Below are positions 18,513 to 30,196 of a stretch of DNA of 64,000 nucleotides, piece by piece. Numbering within the stretch: the stretch's first letter is position 1; each line of letters opens with the position of its first letter. The DNA lies in NCBI GenBank assembly GCA_039933105.1, contig JBDTOT010000020.1:13682-77681 (forward strand), given 5' to 3'. The position numbers and the translations under genes were made by a program. Under the pieces are notes generated by a model, which saw nothing but the letters and a program-made list of their open reading frames with translations, was not told the origin of the DNA and made no database searches. The stretch is from Gammaproteobacteria bacterium (GTDB taxonomy: Bacteria > Pseudomonadota > Gammaproteobacteria > Steroidobacterales > Rariloculaceae).

Positions 18513-21350
18513 TCATTCACCGGCAACGCCGTTGAACACTTCATTCCACACGTCGGTTACGACCGCCCGGGCCTCGACGAACTCGGTCCCGGCCACCACG
18601 CGTCGACGCTCGTCTAACGCAAGCTCGTGCACGCGCTGGCGCAAGGCAAGGTATGCGTCCTTCACTTGCAGGCAACGCTCGGCCGGAACGAGGCCGACGC
18701 GCTCGAGCGCCTCGAGCTGACGCACGTTGTCCGGAAACTCGACCAGCTCGGGAAACTCCGCCGAATGCGCCAGCACCCAGTAGTCGACTAGAAACTCTAT
18801 GTCCGCGATCCCGCCAGCGTCCTGTTTGAGGTCGAACTCGCCCGCCTTCGCCTGCGAGAGTTCGCCGCGCATGCGCTCGCGCATCTTCACGACCTCCGAT
18901 GGCAGCTTCGCGCGGTCGATGTGCGCTACGAGTATTTCGCGCCGGATCTGCTCGAACGCATCGCACACCGCGCGCGAACCCGCGAGCGCGCGACTGCGCA
19001 ACAGGGCCTGATGCTCCCAGACCCACGCTTCGGACTCTTGGTAACGGCGGAAGCCATCGAGGCTCGTCACCAGAAGGCCGGCGCGACCGCTCGGCCGCAA
19101 CCGCGTATCGATCTCGTACAGCTTGCCTGAGCTCGTCTGAATCGAAAGAAAGTGTATGAGGCGCTGCACGAGCCGCGAGAAGAAGCGCTCGTTGTCGAGC
19201 GGCGGCGAGCCATCGGTCTCCTGCTGCTCGCCGCGCGAATCGTGGAGAAACACTAGATCCAAGTCCGAGCCGTAGCCAAGCTCGAGGCCGCCGAGCTTGC
19301 CGTAGCCGATGATCCCGAATCCCGCCTCGCGCGGCGGCGAGCCGCAGCGTGGCGTGCCGTACTTCGCCACGAGCTCGGCGCGCGCCACACCGAGCGAATA
19401 GTCGAGCACGAGCTCGGCGGTGTCGGTCAAACGGTCGCTGACCTTCATGAGGGGCAGGGAGCCAAGACGATCGGCGATTGCGATCCGGAACAGCGCTGTC
19501 CGCTGGAACACACGGATCGCTTCGAGCACAGCCTCGGTGTCGCCGGGCGACACGTCATGCGTGACGCGCTCGATCGATTCGGCGAGTTCGGCGCGCGAGG
19601 GCGGTATGTCGAACAGCCGCTCGTCGAGCAGTTCATCGAGCAGCAGCGGCTGTTCGGCCAGTTGGCGCGCGAGCCATGCGCTGTCCACGACGAGCTTCAG
19701 CAGTCGTTCGAGTGCGGCGGGGTTCTCGTTCAGCAGCGCGAGGTACGCGCTGCGGCGACCCACGGCGCGGAACACGGGCAGCACGCGCTCGAGGGATTTT
19801 GCCGGCGCGACATGCTCGCCGATCAGCTGCACCGTACGAGTCATCACGGCGGCTAGGCGCTGCTGACCGATGTCATCCATGCGCTGATACAGACCACCGT
19901 GTCGCAGATCTTCGAGCAACGCGCGCGCGTCCTCGTGGCTGACTAGGGGTGTTTTCGCGAGCATCGCCGCAATGTCGCCGGCTTCCCAAGCCGCACCGAC
20001 CGGATCGACGGTGCGCCCGGCGGCGCCCTCGGCTTCCCACGCGACGCTCTTGAACTCCGTTTCGACGATGGCTCTTTCACGATTGAGCCGTTCGTTCAGC
20101 GCCGCCCAGCTCCGCTCTCGGAGCGCGTAGGTGAGCCGCTCGCGCTCCTCGGGATCGGTCGGCAACGTGTGAGTCTGCTGATCGGCGAGAGCCTGCAGGC
20201 GGTTCTCGACCACGCGCAGCAGCCGATACGCGCCCGCGAGCGCGGCCACCGTGCTCTCGGGTAGCTGCCGGTCGCCGACGAGACGCGAAAGCACGCGGAG
20301 CAAAGACCGTTCGCGCAGCTCCGGCCGACGACCGCCGCGCACGATCTGGAACGCCTGCGCTATGAACTCGATCTCGCGGATGCCGCCGGGGCCGAGTTTG
20401 ATGTTCTCGACCATGTCTTTACGCGCGACCTCCTGGCTGATCAGGCGTTTCATCTGGCGCAGCGCGTCGAACACGCCGTAGTCGAGATAGCGGCGATACA
20501 CGAACGGCGTGAGCACGAAATCGAAGACGTCGCGCATGAACTCGTGACCCGTGAGCAATCGGGCCTTCACGTACGCATAGCGCTCCCAGTCACGGCCGTG
20601 CTCGACGAGATACGACTCGAGGGCGCCCAAGCTCACGGCCAACGGGCCGCTGGCGCCGAACGGCCGCAGCCGTGTATCCACGCGATACACGAAGCCGTCC
20701 TCGGTGCGCTGATCGAGCAGCCGGATCAGCAGTTGGCACAAGCGTTGATAGTAGGTCTCCGGCTCGACACTCAGCCCTGCGGCAGACTCCTCCGGAGGGT
20801 CCGGGTACACGAAAACAAGGTCGACGTCGGAAGAAAAATTCAGCTCCTTGCCGCCGAGTTTGCCCATGCCGAGCACGAGCAGCGGCAGCTCACGACCGGA
20901 TGAGTTCCGCGGCCGGCCGAAGCGCGGCTCGAGCTGCGCCGCGGCGAACCTCGCTGCAATGTCGATCAGGCACTCGGCGAGCACCGACACGTCGGCCAGC
21001 GTGACTTCGAGGGTCGCAAGCCCGGCAATATCGCGCCACGCAATTCGCGCCATCTCGATCTGGCGCATACGCCGCAGCGCCGTCATGGCTTGCGCCTCGG
21101 TTGCCGACTCGAGATGCAGCCGGGCGCGAATGGCGGCGGCGTCGAGCGGAGCGGAATCGCTGAGACGATCGAGCAGCGCTTGCGGGTAGCGCAGCAGCAC
21201 GCCCAGCACGAAGTCGCTGACCACGGTGACGCGAACAGCGGACTCCACGAGTTCCGCCGGCAGCGGCACGGATAGCTCCGCGAGCCGCGCGGCTACACGC
21301 TCGTAGCGCTCGGTCAGAGTCGCCGGCAGATCAGACGGAGGTCGCAGCAT
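18513..21350 (-). CDS. glnE: Bifunctional glutamine synthetase adenylyltransferase/adenylyl-removing enzyme
   Basis: Two nucleotidyltransferase halves: GMGKLGGKELNFSSDVDL and GYGKLGGLELGYGSDLDL; KLGPGGIREIEF. Confidence 0.97.
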   Translation of the reverse strand: MLRPPSDLPATLTERYERVAARLAELSVPLPAELVESAVRVTVVSDFVLGVLLRYPQALLDRLSDSAPLDAAAIRARLHLESATEAQAMTALRRMRQIEMARIAWRDIAGLATLEVTLADVSVLAECLIDIAARFAAAQLEPRFGRPRNSSGRELPLLVLGMGKLGGKELNFSSDVDLVFVYPDPPEESAAGLSVEPETYYQRLCQLLIRLLDQRTEDGFVYRVDTRLRPFGASGPLAVSLGALESYLVEHGRDWERYAYVKARLLTGHEFMRDVFDFVLTPFVYRRYLDYGVFDALRQMKRLISQEVARKDMVENIKLGPGGIREIEFIAQAFQIVRGGRRPELRERSLLRVLSRLVGDRQLPESTVAALAGAYRLLRVVENRLQALADQQTHTLPTDPEERERLTYALRERSWAALNERLNRERAIVETEFKSVAWEAEGAAGRTVDPVGAAWEAGDIAAMLAKTPLVSHEDARALLEDLRHGGLYQRMDDIGQQRLAAVMTRTVQLIGEHVAPAKSLERVLPVFRAVGRRSAYLALLNENPAALERLLKLVVDSAWLARQLAEQPLLLDELLDERLFDIPPSRAELAESIERVTHDVSPGDTEAVLEAIRVFQRTALFRIAIADRLGSLPLMKVSDRLTDTAELVLDYSLGVARAELVAKYGTPRCGSPPREAGFGIIGYGKLGGLELGYGSDLDLVFLHDSRGEQQETDGSPPLDNERFFSRLVQRLIHFLSIQTSSGKLYEIDTRLRPSGRAGLLVTSLDGFRRYQESEAWVWEHQALLRSRALAGSRAVCDAFEQIRREILVAHIDRAKLPSEVVKMRERMRGELSQAKAGEFDLKQDAGGIADIEFLVDYWVLAHSAEFPELVEFPDNVRQLEALERVGLVPAERCLQVKDAYLALRQRVHELALDERRRVVAGTEFVEARAVVTDVWNEVFNGVAGE

Positions 21351-21438
21351 CGATAGTGGCGTGAGTCCAACTTGAGGCTCGCAGCATCGACCGGATCAAG
21401 CATCCCACACCGAGACGGGACTTTCTGGACGCACCCCC

Positions 21439-21471
21439 AAAAAAGAAAGCCCCGCGATGTGCGGGGCTTTC
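21439..21471 (-). terminator. Intrinsic terminator of groEL
   Basis: GAAAGCCCCGC-5nt-GCGGGGCTTTC hairpin followed on the minus strand by a T-run. Confidence 0.88.
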
Positions 21472-21498
21472 GATTCGAGCGTGCGGGCTCGAGAACGT

Positions 21499-23187
<1,689 letters not shown>

Positions 23188-23478
23188 TTACTTCTCGATG
23201 ACCGCCATGACGTCGTCTTCGCGCATGACCAGCAGGTCTTCGCCATCGATCTTGATCTCGGTGCCGGAGTACTTGCCGAACAGCACCTTGTCGCCTTTCT
23301 TCAGGTCGAGGGGGCGAATTTCACCGGTCTCGAGCAGTTTGCCTTTGCCGACCGCTACCACCTCGCCCTTGCTGGGCTTCTCGGTGGCGCTATCCGGGAT
23401 CACGATGCCGCCCGGGGACTTGCGCTCCTCTTCGGTACGCCGAACTACGACGCGATCGTGCAGGGGACGAAGTTTCAT
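23188..23478 (-). CDS. groES: Co-chaperonin GroES
   Basis: [32 protein letters not shown]; start at ATG 23478 after GGAG. Confidence 0.99.
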   Translation of the reverse strand: MKLRPLHDRVVVRRTEEERKSPGGIVIPDSATEKPSKGEVVAVGKGKLLETGEIRPLDLKKGDKVLFGKYSGTEIKIDGEDLLVMREDDVMAVIEK

Positions 23479-23538
23479 GAATGCTCCCTTATTCAAGCAT
23501 TTGAATCGATTTTGGATTGTCTGACCGGCCGCTTTTCG

Positions 23539-23565
23539 TTAGCACTCGGTCAAGGTGAGTGCCAA
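23539..23565. promoter_or_regulatory. CIRCE element (HrcA operator) upstream of groESL
   Basis: TTAGCACTC-GGTCAAGGT-GAGTGCCAA versus consensus TTAGCACTC-N9-GAGTGCTAA (1 mismatch). Confidence 0.93.
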
Positions 23566-23567
23566 TC

Positions 23568-23594
23568 ATATGGATCGGCCGGCGGATTTCAAGG
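23568..23594 (-). promoter_or_regulatory. sigma32 (RpoH) promoter of groESL
   Basis: Minus strand CTTGAA-ATCCGCCGGCCGAT-CCATAT immediately upstream of CIRCE. Confidence 0.75.
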
Positions 23595-23672
23595 CTTTTT
23601 GAGATCGAAGTCATGACAACCGTCCTGACGCGCCGGTATGCTTCGTCGGATTTGACGGGGTGCGGCGCCGCG

Positions 23673-24005
23673 ATGAGCTCGGAAACATTGCTGGTTCTGA
23701 CCACCTGCGGAAACGCCGCAGACGCCAGCAGCCTCGCGACGCTGCTCGTCGAGAAACGGCTGGCCGCCTGCGTCAATGCGCTGGACAAGGTCACGTCCAC
23801 CTATCGCTGGCAGGGCCGGGTTCAGCAGGATCAGGAGGCGCTGTTGGTCATAAAAACCACCGTCGCGCGCTACCCGGCTGTCGAGCAGGCGATCCGGGCG
23901 CACTCGAAGTACGAGCTACCCGAGGTCGTGGCAATCCCACTTGCCGCGGGCTCGAGCGCGTATCTCGACTGGGTTCGGGAATCCGTGGCAGGAAACGAGG
24001 ACTAA
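23673..24005 (+). CDS. cutA: Divalent-cation tolerance protein CutA
   Basis: LVEKRLAACVN, STYRWQG, HSKYELPEVVAIP, YLDWV; precedes dsbD. Confidence 0.95.
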   Translation: MSSETLLVLTTCGNAADASSLATLLVEKRLAACVNALDKVTSTYRWQGRVQQDQEALLVIKTTVARYPAVEQAIRAHSKYELPEVVAIPLAAGSSAYLDWVRESVAGNED

Positions 24006-24010
24006 CACGC

Positions 24011-26248
24011 ATGACGCGCTTTCGCAGCCACTTCCTGTTCGCCCTGTGCGGGTTGCTTGCGATCGTGAGCAACGCTTGTCAGGCACAGTCGCAAGATCCG
24101 CCGCCGCCGGAAAAGGTATTCCAGTACTCGGCGCGCGCGGACGCCGAGCGCGTATATCTCGACTTCTCGATTCTCAAGGGCTTTTACCTTTACCGCGCGC
24201 GCTTCAACTTCGACAGCGGCACCGACGGCGTCGCCATCGGGGCAGCCTCCTTCCCGCGTGGCGAAACGCACAAGGATGAATTCTTCGGCGAGCAGGAAAT
24301 CTATCGGGGCAAGTTCGCGATCGCGATCCCGTACAAGCGGACGGGCACCACCAAAACCCTCGATTTGAAGCTCGGGCTCCAGGGCTGCGCCGATTTCGGC
24401 CTGTGCTACGTACCGCAGGACTGGACCGCCACCGTCGCACTACCCGAGGCCAGCGCGAACGGCGCCGCGCGCCAGAGCGTATTCGATGTCGGCCGCACAC
24501 GGGCCGCGAGCTCGGCCACCGACGACTTACTGCCCGTCGACCAGGCGTTTGCGATGAATGCGCGGTTCGACAAGCCGAACGAGCTGACGGTCGCGTGGCA
24601 GATCGCACCCGGTTACTACTTGTACCGCGACAAACTCACGGTCACTGCGAGCGGCAAGATCGATGTCGGCGCGCCGAACCTTCCTACGGGCACGCCGCAC
24701 AAGGACGAGAACTTCGGCGACGTGCAGATATTCCGCGACTTCGTCGAAGCGAAAGTGCCGTTCGCGCGCGCGAACCAGAACGCGATCGACGTGGTCGTGG
24801 CCGCGGGCTTCCAGGGCTGCAAGGACAACAGCATTTGCTATCCGCCGGGCGAGCAGACGATGCCGATGGTGCTGCCCGCGACGAGCGAGTTTCCGGCGGC
24901 AGCCGCCGACGCACCGACGGGGCCGGTGTCGGAGCAGGACCAGTGGGCGGCGCGAATCATCAAAGGCTCGTGGCTAAGTCTGCTCGGCTGGTTCTACGTC
25001 GCCGGCCTCGCGCTGTCGTTGACACCGTGCGTGCTGCCGATGGTGCCCATCCTGTCGAGCATCATCGCGGGCCAAGGCGCCGTGTCGACGCGCCGCGGCT
25101 TCTTATTGTCCTTGTCCTATGTCCTCGGCATGGCCGCCACGTATACCGGCGCCGGCGCGCTCGCGGCGCTCGCGGGGGGTCAGATCCAGGCGCTATTCCA
25201 GAAGCCTTGGATCATCACGCTGTTCGCTGGACTCTTCGGCGTCCTCGCATTGAGCATGTTTGGCCTGTTCGAACTGCAAATGCCGACCGCCTTGCAGACG
25301 CGGCTCGCGAACATGGCCAACAAGCAAAAGGCCGGCACGTTCCTCGGCACGGCCCTGATCGGCGCGCTTACCTCACTGATCGTCACGACTTGCGTCGCGC
25401 CACCGCTCGTCGGCGCGCTCGCTGTCATTGGCCAAACCGGCGACGTGGCTCGCGGCTCGGGCGCGCTGTTCGCCCTCAGCATCGGGATGGGGTCGCCGTT
25501 GCTCGTGGTCGGCGCCTCGGCCGGGCAGATTCTGCCACGTGTGGGTCCATGGATGAACGCGGTGAAGGCCGCGTTCGGCGTGCTGATGCTCGGCATGGCC
25601 ATCTGGATGATGCAGCGCGTATTGCCGGGCTCTGTGACCCTCGTGCTTTGGTCCCTTCTCATTTTTCTCAGCGGCGTGTTCCTCGGAGCGTTCGAAGCGT
25701 TACCGGCGAACCCGAGCGCGGGGCGGCGGCTGGCCAAAGGCTTTGGCGTGCTGGCGTGTCTGTACGGCGCCTTGCTGTTGATCGGAGCCACTCTCGGCGG
25801 CGAAGACCCATTGCGGCCGATCCCACAGGCCGCAGTGGCGCGTGCCGGCACAGGCGGCGCCATGGCCGCGGCCAAGCCGGCACTCGAATTCCGTCCGATC
25901 GAGACGCTGGCGGCGCTCGATCAGGCGCTGGCGGAAGCGCGCGAGGCGCACAAACCCGTGATGCTAGACTTCACGGCGGCGTGGTGTATTTCCTGCAAAG
26001 AGATGGAACACAACACCTTCCCCGACGAAAGGGTGATCGGCGCACTGAAACCGTTTATGTTGTTGCGAGCCGACGTAACCGCGAACGACAAAGATGATCA
26101 AGCACTGCTGCAACGTTTCCGAAGCTTCGGGCCCCCGACCATCGCATTCTTCGACGCGACCGGGACCGAGCGCGAGAACTTCAAGCTGGTTGGGTTCGTT
26201 CCCCCCGCCGACTTCAGCAAGCACGTTACGAGCCTCGCCGCTCTTTGA
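24011..26248 (+). CDS. dsbD: Thiol:disulfide interchange protein DsbD with two N-terminal domains
   Basis: QGCADFGLCY and QGCKDNSICY N-domains; SLTPCVLPMVPI and TTCVAPPL transmembrane cysteines; AAWCISCKEME thioredoxin domain. Confidence 0.93.
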   Translation: MTRFRSHFLFALCGLLAIVSNACQAQSQDPPPPEKVFQYSARADAERVYLDFSILKGFYLYRARFNFDSGTDGVAIGAASFPRGETHKDEFFGEQEIYRGKFAIAIPYKRTGTTKTLDLKLGLQGCADFGLCYVPQDWTATVALPEASANGAARQSVFDVGRTRAASSATDDLLPVDQAFAMNARFDKPNELTVAWQIAPGYYLYRDKLTVTASGKIDVGAPNLPTGTPHKDENFGDVQIFRDFVEAKVPFARANQNAIDVVVAAGFQGCKDNSICYPPGEQTMPMVLPATSEFPAAAADAPTGPVSEQDQWAARIIKGSWLSLLGWFYVAGLALSLTPCVLPMVPILSSIIAGQGAVSTRRGFLLSLSYVLGMAATYTGAGALAALAGGQIQALFQKPWIITLFAGLFGVLALSMFGLFELQMPTALQTRLANMANKQKAGTFLGTALIGALTSLIVTTCVAPPLVGALAVIGQTGDVARGSGALFALSIGMGSPLLVVGASAGQILPRVGPWMNAVKAAFGVLMLGMAIWMMQRVLPGSVTLVLWSLLIFLSGVFLGAFEALPANPSAGRRLAKGFGVLACLYGALLLIGATLGGEDPLRPIPQAAVARAGTGGAMAAAKPALEFRPIETLAALDQALAEAREAHKPVMLDFTAAWCISCKEMEHNTFPDERVIGALKPFMLLRADVTANDKDDQALLQRFRSFGPPTIAFFDATGTERENFKLVGFVPPADFSKHVTSLAAL

Positions 26249-26889
26249 GGGCACCTGCCGTGGCTAAGGCGCGGCCAGGCCTCGTGACTCTAGGGCTCAG
26301 CGTCGCCGCGGTGCTGGGGTACGTGACTTACCGGCTGCTCGTGCCGACGACCGCTGGGCCCCCGCCCGCCGCCAGCAGGACTGAAGAGGCGCAGGAACAG
26401 GCGCCACCGCGCCAACTCGCCGACACGCTGCCCGACTTCACACTCGCGAACCTGGCCGGCGAACCGCAATCGATCAAGAGCCTCGCCGGCAAACCGATGC
26501 TGATCAACTTCTGGGCGACGTGGTGCGGCCCCTGCCTGCGCGAGATCCCGATGTTGAAGGCGCTGCAGGCGGCCCGGCCCGACATCCAAATCGTGGGCAT
26601 CGCCATCGACAAGCGCGAGCCCGTTGGGAAATTCGCCAGTGAACAAGCCTTCAATTACCCGATCCTCGTGGGCCAAAGCGAGGCCTGGGAAGCTGCGGCC
26701 GCGCTCGGGGTCGAGGTGTACGCGCTGCCATTCACCGTCTTCGCGGGCGCCGACGGCGCGTTGCTTGGCGTTCACACCGGCGAGCTGCATGCCGAGCACC
26801 TGGCAGAGTTCCAGGCGGCCATCGACGACCTGACTGCCGCAAAGATCGGCGTGCAAGAAGCTCGGGCCCGTCTCGCGGGTCGCATGTAG
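26245..26889 (+). CDS. TlpA family disulfide reductase
   Basis: N-terminal membrane anchor; INFWATWCGPCLREIP; start uncertain (TTG 26245 or GTG 26260). Confidence 0.88.
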   Translation: MRAPAVAKARPGLVTLGLSVAAVLGYVTYRLLVPTTAGPPPAASRTEEAQEQAPPRQLADTLPDFTLANLAGEPQSIKSLAGKPMLINFWATWCGPCLREIPMLKALQAARPDIQIVGIAIDKREPVGKFASEQAFNYPILVGQSEAWEAAAALGVEVYALPFTVFAGADGALLGVHTGELHAEHLAEFQAAIDDLTAAKIGVQEARARLAGRM

Positions 26890-26976
26890 TCCAGTTCGGC
26901 CAACTGGCGACATAGTGCCGCTAATTGCGGCGAAAACAGGTAAGCTTGCTGCCAACGGTTCGGCAGGTGTTTGCCC

Positions 26977-27426
26977 ATGGCCCGGTTCTTATTGTTGAAT
27001 GGCCCCAATCTGGGGCAGCTTGGAACACGCGAACCCGGCATCTACGGCGCGACCACCCTACCCGAAATCGAGCAACGGCTGCGAACGCAGGCCACCGCCG
27101 CCGGACACACGCTCGATGCCTTTCAGAGCGACTCGGAGCCGGACCTGCTGAAGCGCATCCACGAGGCGCGCGATCAGGGAATCGCCGTGATCCTCTTCAA
27201 CCCAGCGGCTTTCACGCACACCAGCGTCGCGCTGCGCGACGCCCTGCTCGCCGTTCAGATTCCGTTCATCGAGCTGCATTTGTCGAACGTCGCCGCTCGC
27301 GAGCCGTTCCGCCACAAATCGTTTTTTGCAGACGTCGCGCTCGGGACGATCGCAGGGTTCGGTCCGACCAGCTATGAGCTCGCGCTCACCGCAGCGATCC
27401 GCCACGTGTCCCAAGGGGGGAAATAG
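26977..27426 (+). CDS. aroQ: Type II 3-dehydroquinate dehydratase
   Basis: [39 protein letters not shown]. Confidence 0.96.
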   Translation: MARFLLLNGPNLGQLGTREPGIYGATTLPEIEQRLRTQATAAGHTLDAFQSDSEPDLLKRIHEARDQGIAVILFNPAAFTHTSVALRDALLAVQIPFIELHLSNVAAREPFRHKSFFADVALGTIAGFGPTSYELALTAAIRHVSQGGK

Positions 27427-27890
27427 TGGACATAAGAAAAGTAAAAAAACTCATTGAGCTGCTCGAAGAATCGGGGATTTCGGAGATTGAAATCTCGGAA
27501 GGCGAGGAGTCGGTCAGGATCAGTCGCTATCCGCAATCGGGCACCGTCAGCGTCGCGGCCGCGCCAATGGGTTTCGCCCCGCAAGTAGCGGCCGCCGCGC
27601 CGGCGGCAGCTCCCGCCGAAAGTGCGGCGCCGCTCCCCGCCCCTGCTCCGCGCGGCCAACAGATCACAGCTCCCATGGTAGGCACGTTCTATAGCGGGCC
27701 TGCGCCGGGCGCGAAGCCGTTTGTAGAGATCGGCAGCGAAGTGAAGGCCGGCGACACACTCTGCGTCATCGAAGCCATGAAAATGATGAACCAGATCGAG
27801 TCGGAGTTCGCCGGCCGCGTTGTCAGCATGCTGGTGGAGAACGGCAACCCTGTCGAGTTCGGCCAGCCACTGTTCATCATCGAAGAATAA
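27426..27890 (+). CDS. accB: Acetyl-CoA carboxylase biotin carboxyl carrier protein
   Basis: [24 protein letters not shown] biotinylation site. Confidence 0.98.
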   Translation: MDIRKVKKLIELLEESGISEIEISEGEESVRISRYPQSGTVSVAAAPMGFAPQVAAAAPAAAPAESAAPLPAPAPRGQQITAPMVGTFYSGPAPGAKPFVEIGSEVKAGDTLCVIEAMKMMNQIESEFAGRVVSMLVENGNPVEFGQPLFIIEE

Positions 27891-27910
27891 CGGCGCACGG
27901 GCGCACCACG

Positions 27911-29254
27911 ATGCTCGACAAAGTTCTAATCGCCAACCGCGGCGAGATCGCACTTCGCATTCTGCGGGCTTGCCGTGAGCTCGGCATCAAGACCGTGGCC
28001 GTACATTCGACCGCCGACACCACGTTGAAGCACGTGCTGTTGGCCGACGAAACGGTGTGCATCGGTCCGCCCCGCTCCCAGCAGAGTTACTTGAACATGC
28101 CGGCCATCATCGCCGCCGCCGAGGTCACCGATGCGGTGGCGATTCATCCCGGCTATGGCTTCCTGTCGGAGAACGCGGACTTCGCGGAACGGGTTGAAGA
28201 GAGCGGCTTCATTTTCATCGGGCCAAAGCCGGAAACGATACGGCTCATGGGCGACAAGGTGTCGGCCATCAAAACGATGCGCGCGGCCGGCGTACCGTGT
28301 GTACCAGGCTCCGACGGGCCGTTAACCGACGACCCGGAGCACAACGCGCGACTCGCACACGAGATCGGCTACCCGGTCATCATCAAGGCGTCGGCTGGCG
28401 GCGGCGGCCGCGGCATGCGCGTGGTGCACAGCGATGCGGCGTTGTTCAGCGCCGTCGCGATCACGCGTGCCGAAGCGCTGTCCGCGTTCGGCAACGATCA
28501 GGTGTACATGGAGAAATTCCTCGAGCATCCGCGACATATAGAGTTCCAGGTGCTGGCCGACAGCCACGGCAACGCAGTGCACTTGGGCGAGCGCGACTGT
28601 TCCATGCAGCGCCGCCACCAGAAAGTCATCGAGGAATCGCCGGCACCTGGCATGAGCGATGAGGAACGCCAGAAAATGGGGCAACGCTGCGTCGACGCGT
28701 GTCTGCAGATCGGCTATCGCGGCGCCGGCACCTTCGAATTCCTATACGAGAACGGTGAGTTCTTCTTCATCGAGATGAATACGCGCGTGCAGGTCGAGCA
28801 CCCCGTCACCGAACTCGTGACCGGGATCGACATAGTAAAAACGCAGCTCGCGATCGCTGCAGGCGAGCAGCTGCCGTTCCGTCAGTCCGACATTCGCTGG
28901 CGCGGCCACGCGATCGAGTGCCGCGTGTGCGCCGAGGATCCAAAGACTTTCGTGCCGTCACCGGGAACCGTGAGCCTGTGGCACCCCCCGGGCGGCCCCG
29001 GCATTCGCGTCGACAGCCACATGTACAGTGGCTACTCCGTGCCGCCGTACTACGACTCCCTGATCGCCAAGCTCATCGCCCATGGCGAGCACCGCGGCGC
29101 GGCGATCGCCCGCATGAACACCGCGCTGCACGAAGTCGTCGTCGACGGTATCAGCACTAACATCCCGCTGCACCAGGAGATCTTCCAGCACGCCGCGTTC
29201 AAGGCCGGTGGCACCGATATCCACTATCTCGAGCGTCGGCTCGGACTGAAATAG
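27911..29254 (+). CDS. accC: Biotin carboxylase
   Basis: [43 protein letters not shown]. Confidence 0.98.
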   Translation: MLDKVLIANRGEIALRILRACRELGIKTVAVHSTADTTLKHVLLADETVCIGPPRSQQSYLNMPAIIAAAEVTDAVAIHPGYGFLSENADFAERVEESGFIFIGPKPETIRLMGDKVSAIKTMRAAGVPCVPGSDGPLTDDPEHNARLAHEIGYPVIIKASAGGGGRGMRVVHSDAALFSAVAITRAEALSAFGNDQVYMEKFLEHPRHIEFQVLADSHGNAVHLGERDCSMQRRHQKVIEESPAPGMSDEERQKMGQRCVDACLQIGYRGAGTFEFLYENGEFFFIEMNTRVQVEHPVTELVTGIDIVKTQLAIAAGEQLPFRQSDIRWRGHAIECRVCAEDPKTFVPSPGTVSLWHPPGGPGIRVDSHMYSGYSVPPYYDSLIAKLIAHGEHRGAAIARMNTALHEVVVDGISTNIPLHQEIFQHAAFKAGGTDIHYLERRLGLK

Positions 29255-29266
29255 CGGCGCTAGCGG

Positions 29267-30148
29267 GTGCGACACCAACTGACGCTGCAGCTCGACGCCG
29301 CCGCGGTGCCGACGGCCGAAGCATTGCTCGAGCTCGCGGGCGCAGAATCGATCGCTCTCGCCGATGCAGGCGATGATCCGGTCCTCGAGCCCCTGCCTGA
29401 AACCACACCGCTGTGGCCGCACGTGACCCTGTGTGCCGTATTCCCGGCGGGCGCGGAGCTCACGGGCGTCGGCAAACTCCTCGAAAGCGCTTGCGCGGCG
29501 AGCGCCGTGCAGATCACGGTGCTGCGCGACGCCGACTGGCAGGCGGCAATCCGTCAGGTCTTCAAGGCGCGCGCGTTCGGCCGGCGAGTCTGGCTCGCGC
29601 CCGCTGACGACGTAGCAGTCCCCGCGGGGCGGATCGGAATCCGGCTGCACATGGGGCTCGCATTTGGCACTGGCGAACACCCGACGACGGCGCTCTGCCT
29701 CGACTGGCTCGACACCCACGTCCGCCCCGGCGCGACGGTGCTCGACTATGGCTGTGGCTCCGGCGTGCTCGCAATCGCGGCGCTCGCCCTCGGAGCGAGT
29801 CGCACCTGGGCCACCGATAACGACCCGCAGGCGCTGGTAGCCACGCGCTCAAACGCCGAGCTCAACGGTGTCGCAGAGCGGGTCACGATCGCGACGCCAG
29901 AAGCTCTGCCGGCCGTGGTGGTCGATATCGTTGCAGCCAACATCTTGGCCGGCCCGCTGGTCGCGCTCGCACCGCTCTTGGCTGGGCACCTTCGGCCGGG
30001 CGGCGCGCTGGTGTTGGCGGGTCTCTTGTCCACGCAAGCCGCCGAGGTTACGCAAGCCTACGCGCCCTACTGCACCGATTTTGCGCAAACCACCGAGCAG
30101 GGGTGGGTGCGGCTCGCCGCCATTCGCCGCAGCGCGAGTTTGAGTTAA
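29267..30148 (+). CDS. prmA: Ribosomal protein L11 methyltransferase
   Basis: AFGTGEHPTT, LDYGCGSGVLAIAA, ANILAGPL. Confidence 0.94.
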   Translation: MRHQLTLQLDAAAVPTAEALLELAGAESIALADAGDDPVLEPLPETTPLWPHVTLCAVFPAGAELTGVGKLLESACAASAVQITVLRDADWQAAIRQVFKARAFGRRVWLAPADDVAVPAGRIGIRLHMGLAFGTGEHPTTALCLDWLDTHVRPGATVLDYGCGSGVLAIAALALGASRTWATDNDPQALVATRSNAELNGVAERVTIATPEALPAVVVDIVAANILAGPLVALAPLLAGHLRPGGALVLAGLLSTQAAEVTQAYAPYCTDFAQTTEQGWVRLAAIRRSASLS

Positions 30149-30196
30149 TACGGCGTCAGCGAACCGTTAGAATCGCCCGCGAGGAGCGACCGTCGC

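Noticed and set aside
21342-21390. 12-bp direct repeat TCGCAGCATCGA duplicating the glnE start context, giving a short upstream ORF
   Set aside because: Only two short copies; could be chance and I have no support for a regulatory uORF.
24403-26097. 564-aa Arg-rich alternate-frame ORF within dsbD
   Set aside because: Arg/Ala/Gly-rich composition typical of off-frame high-GC reading.
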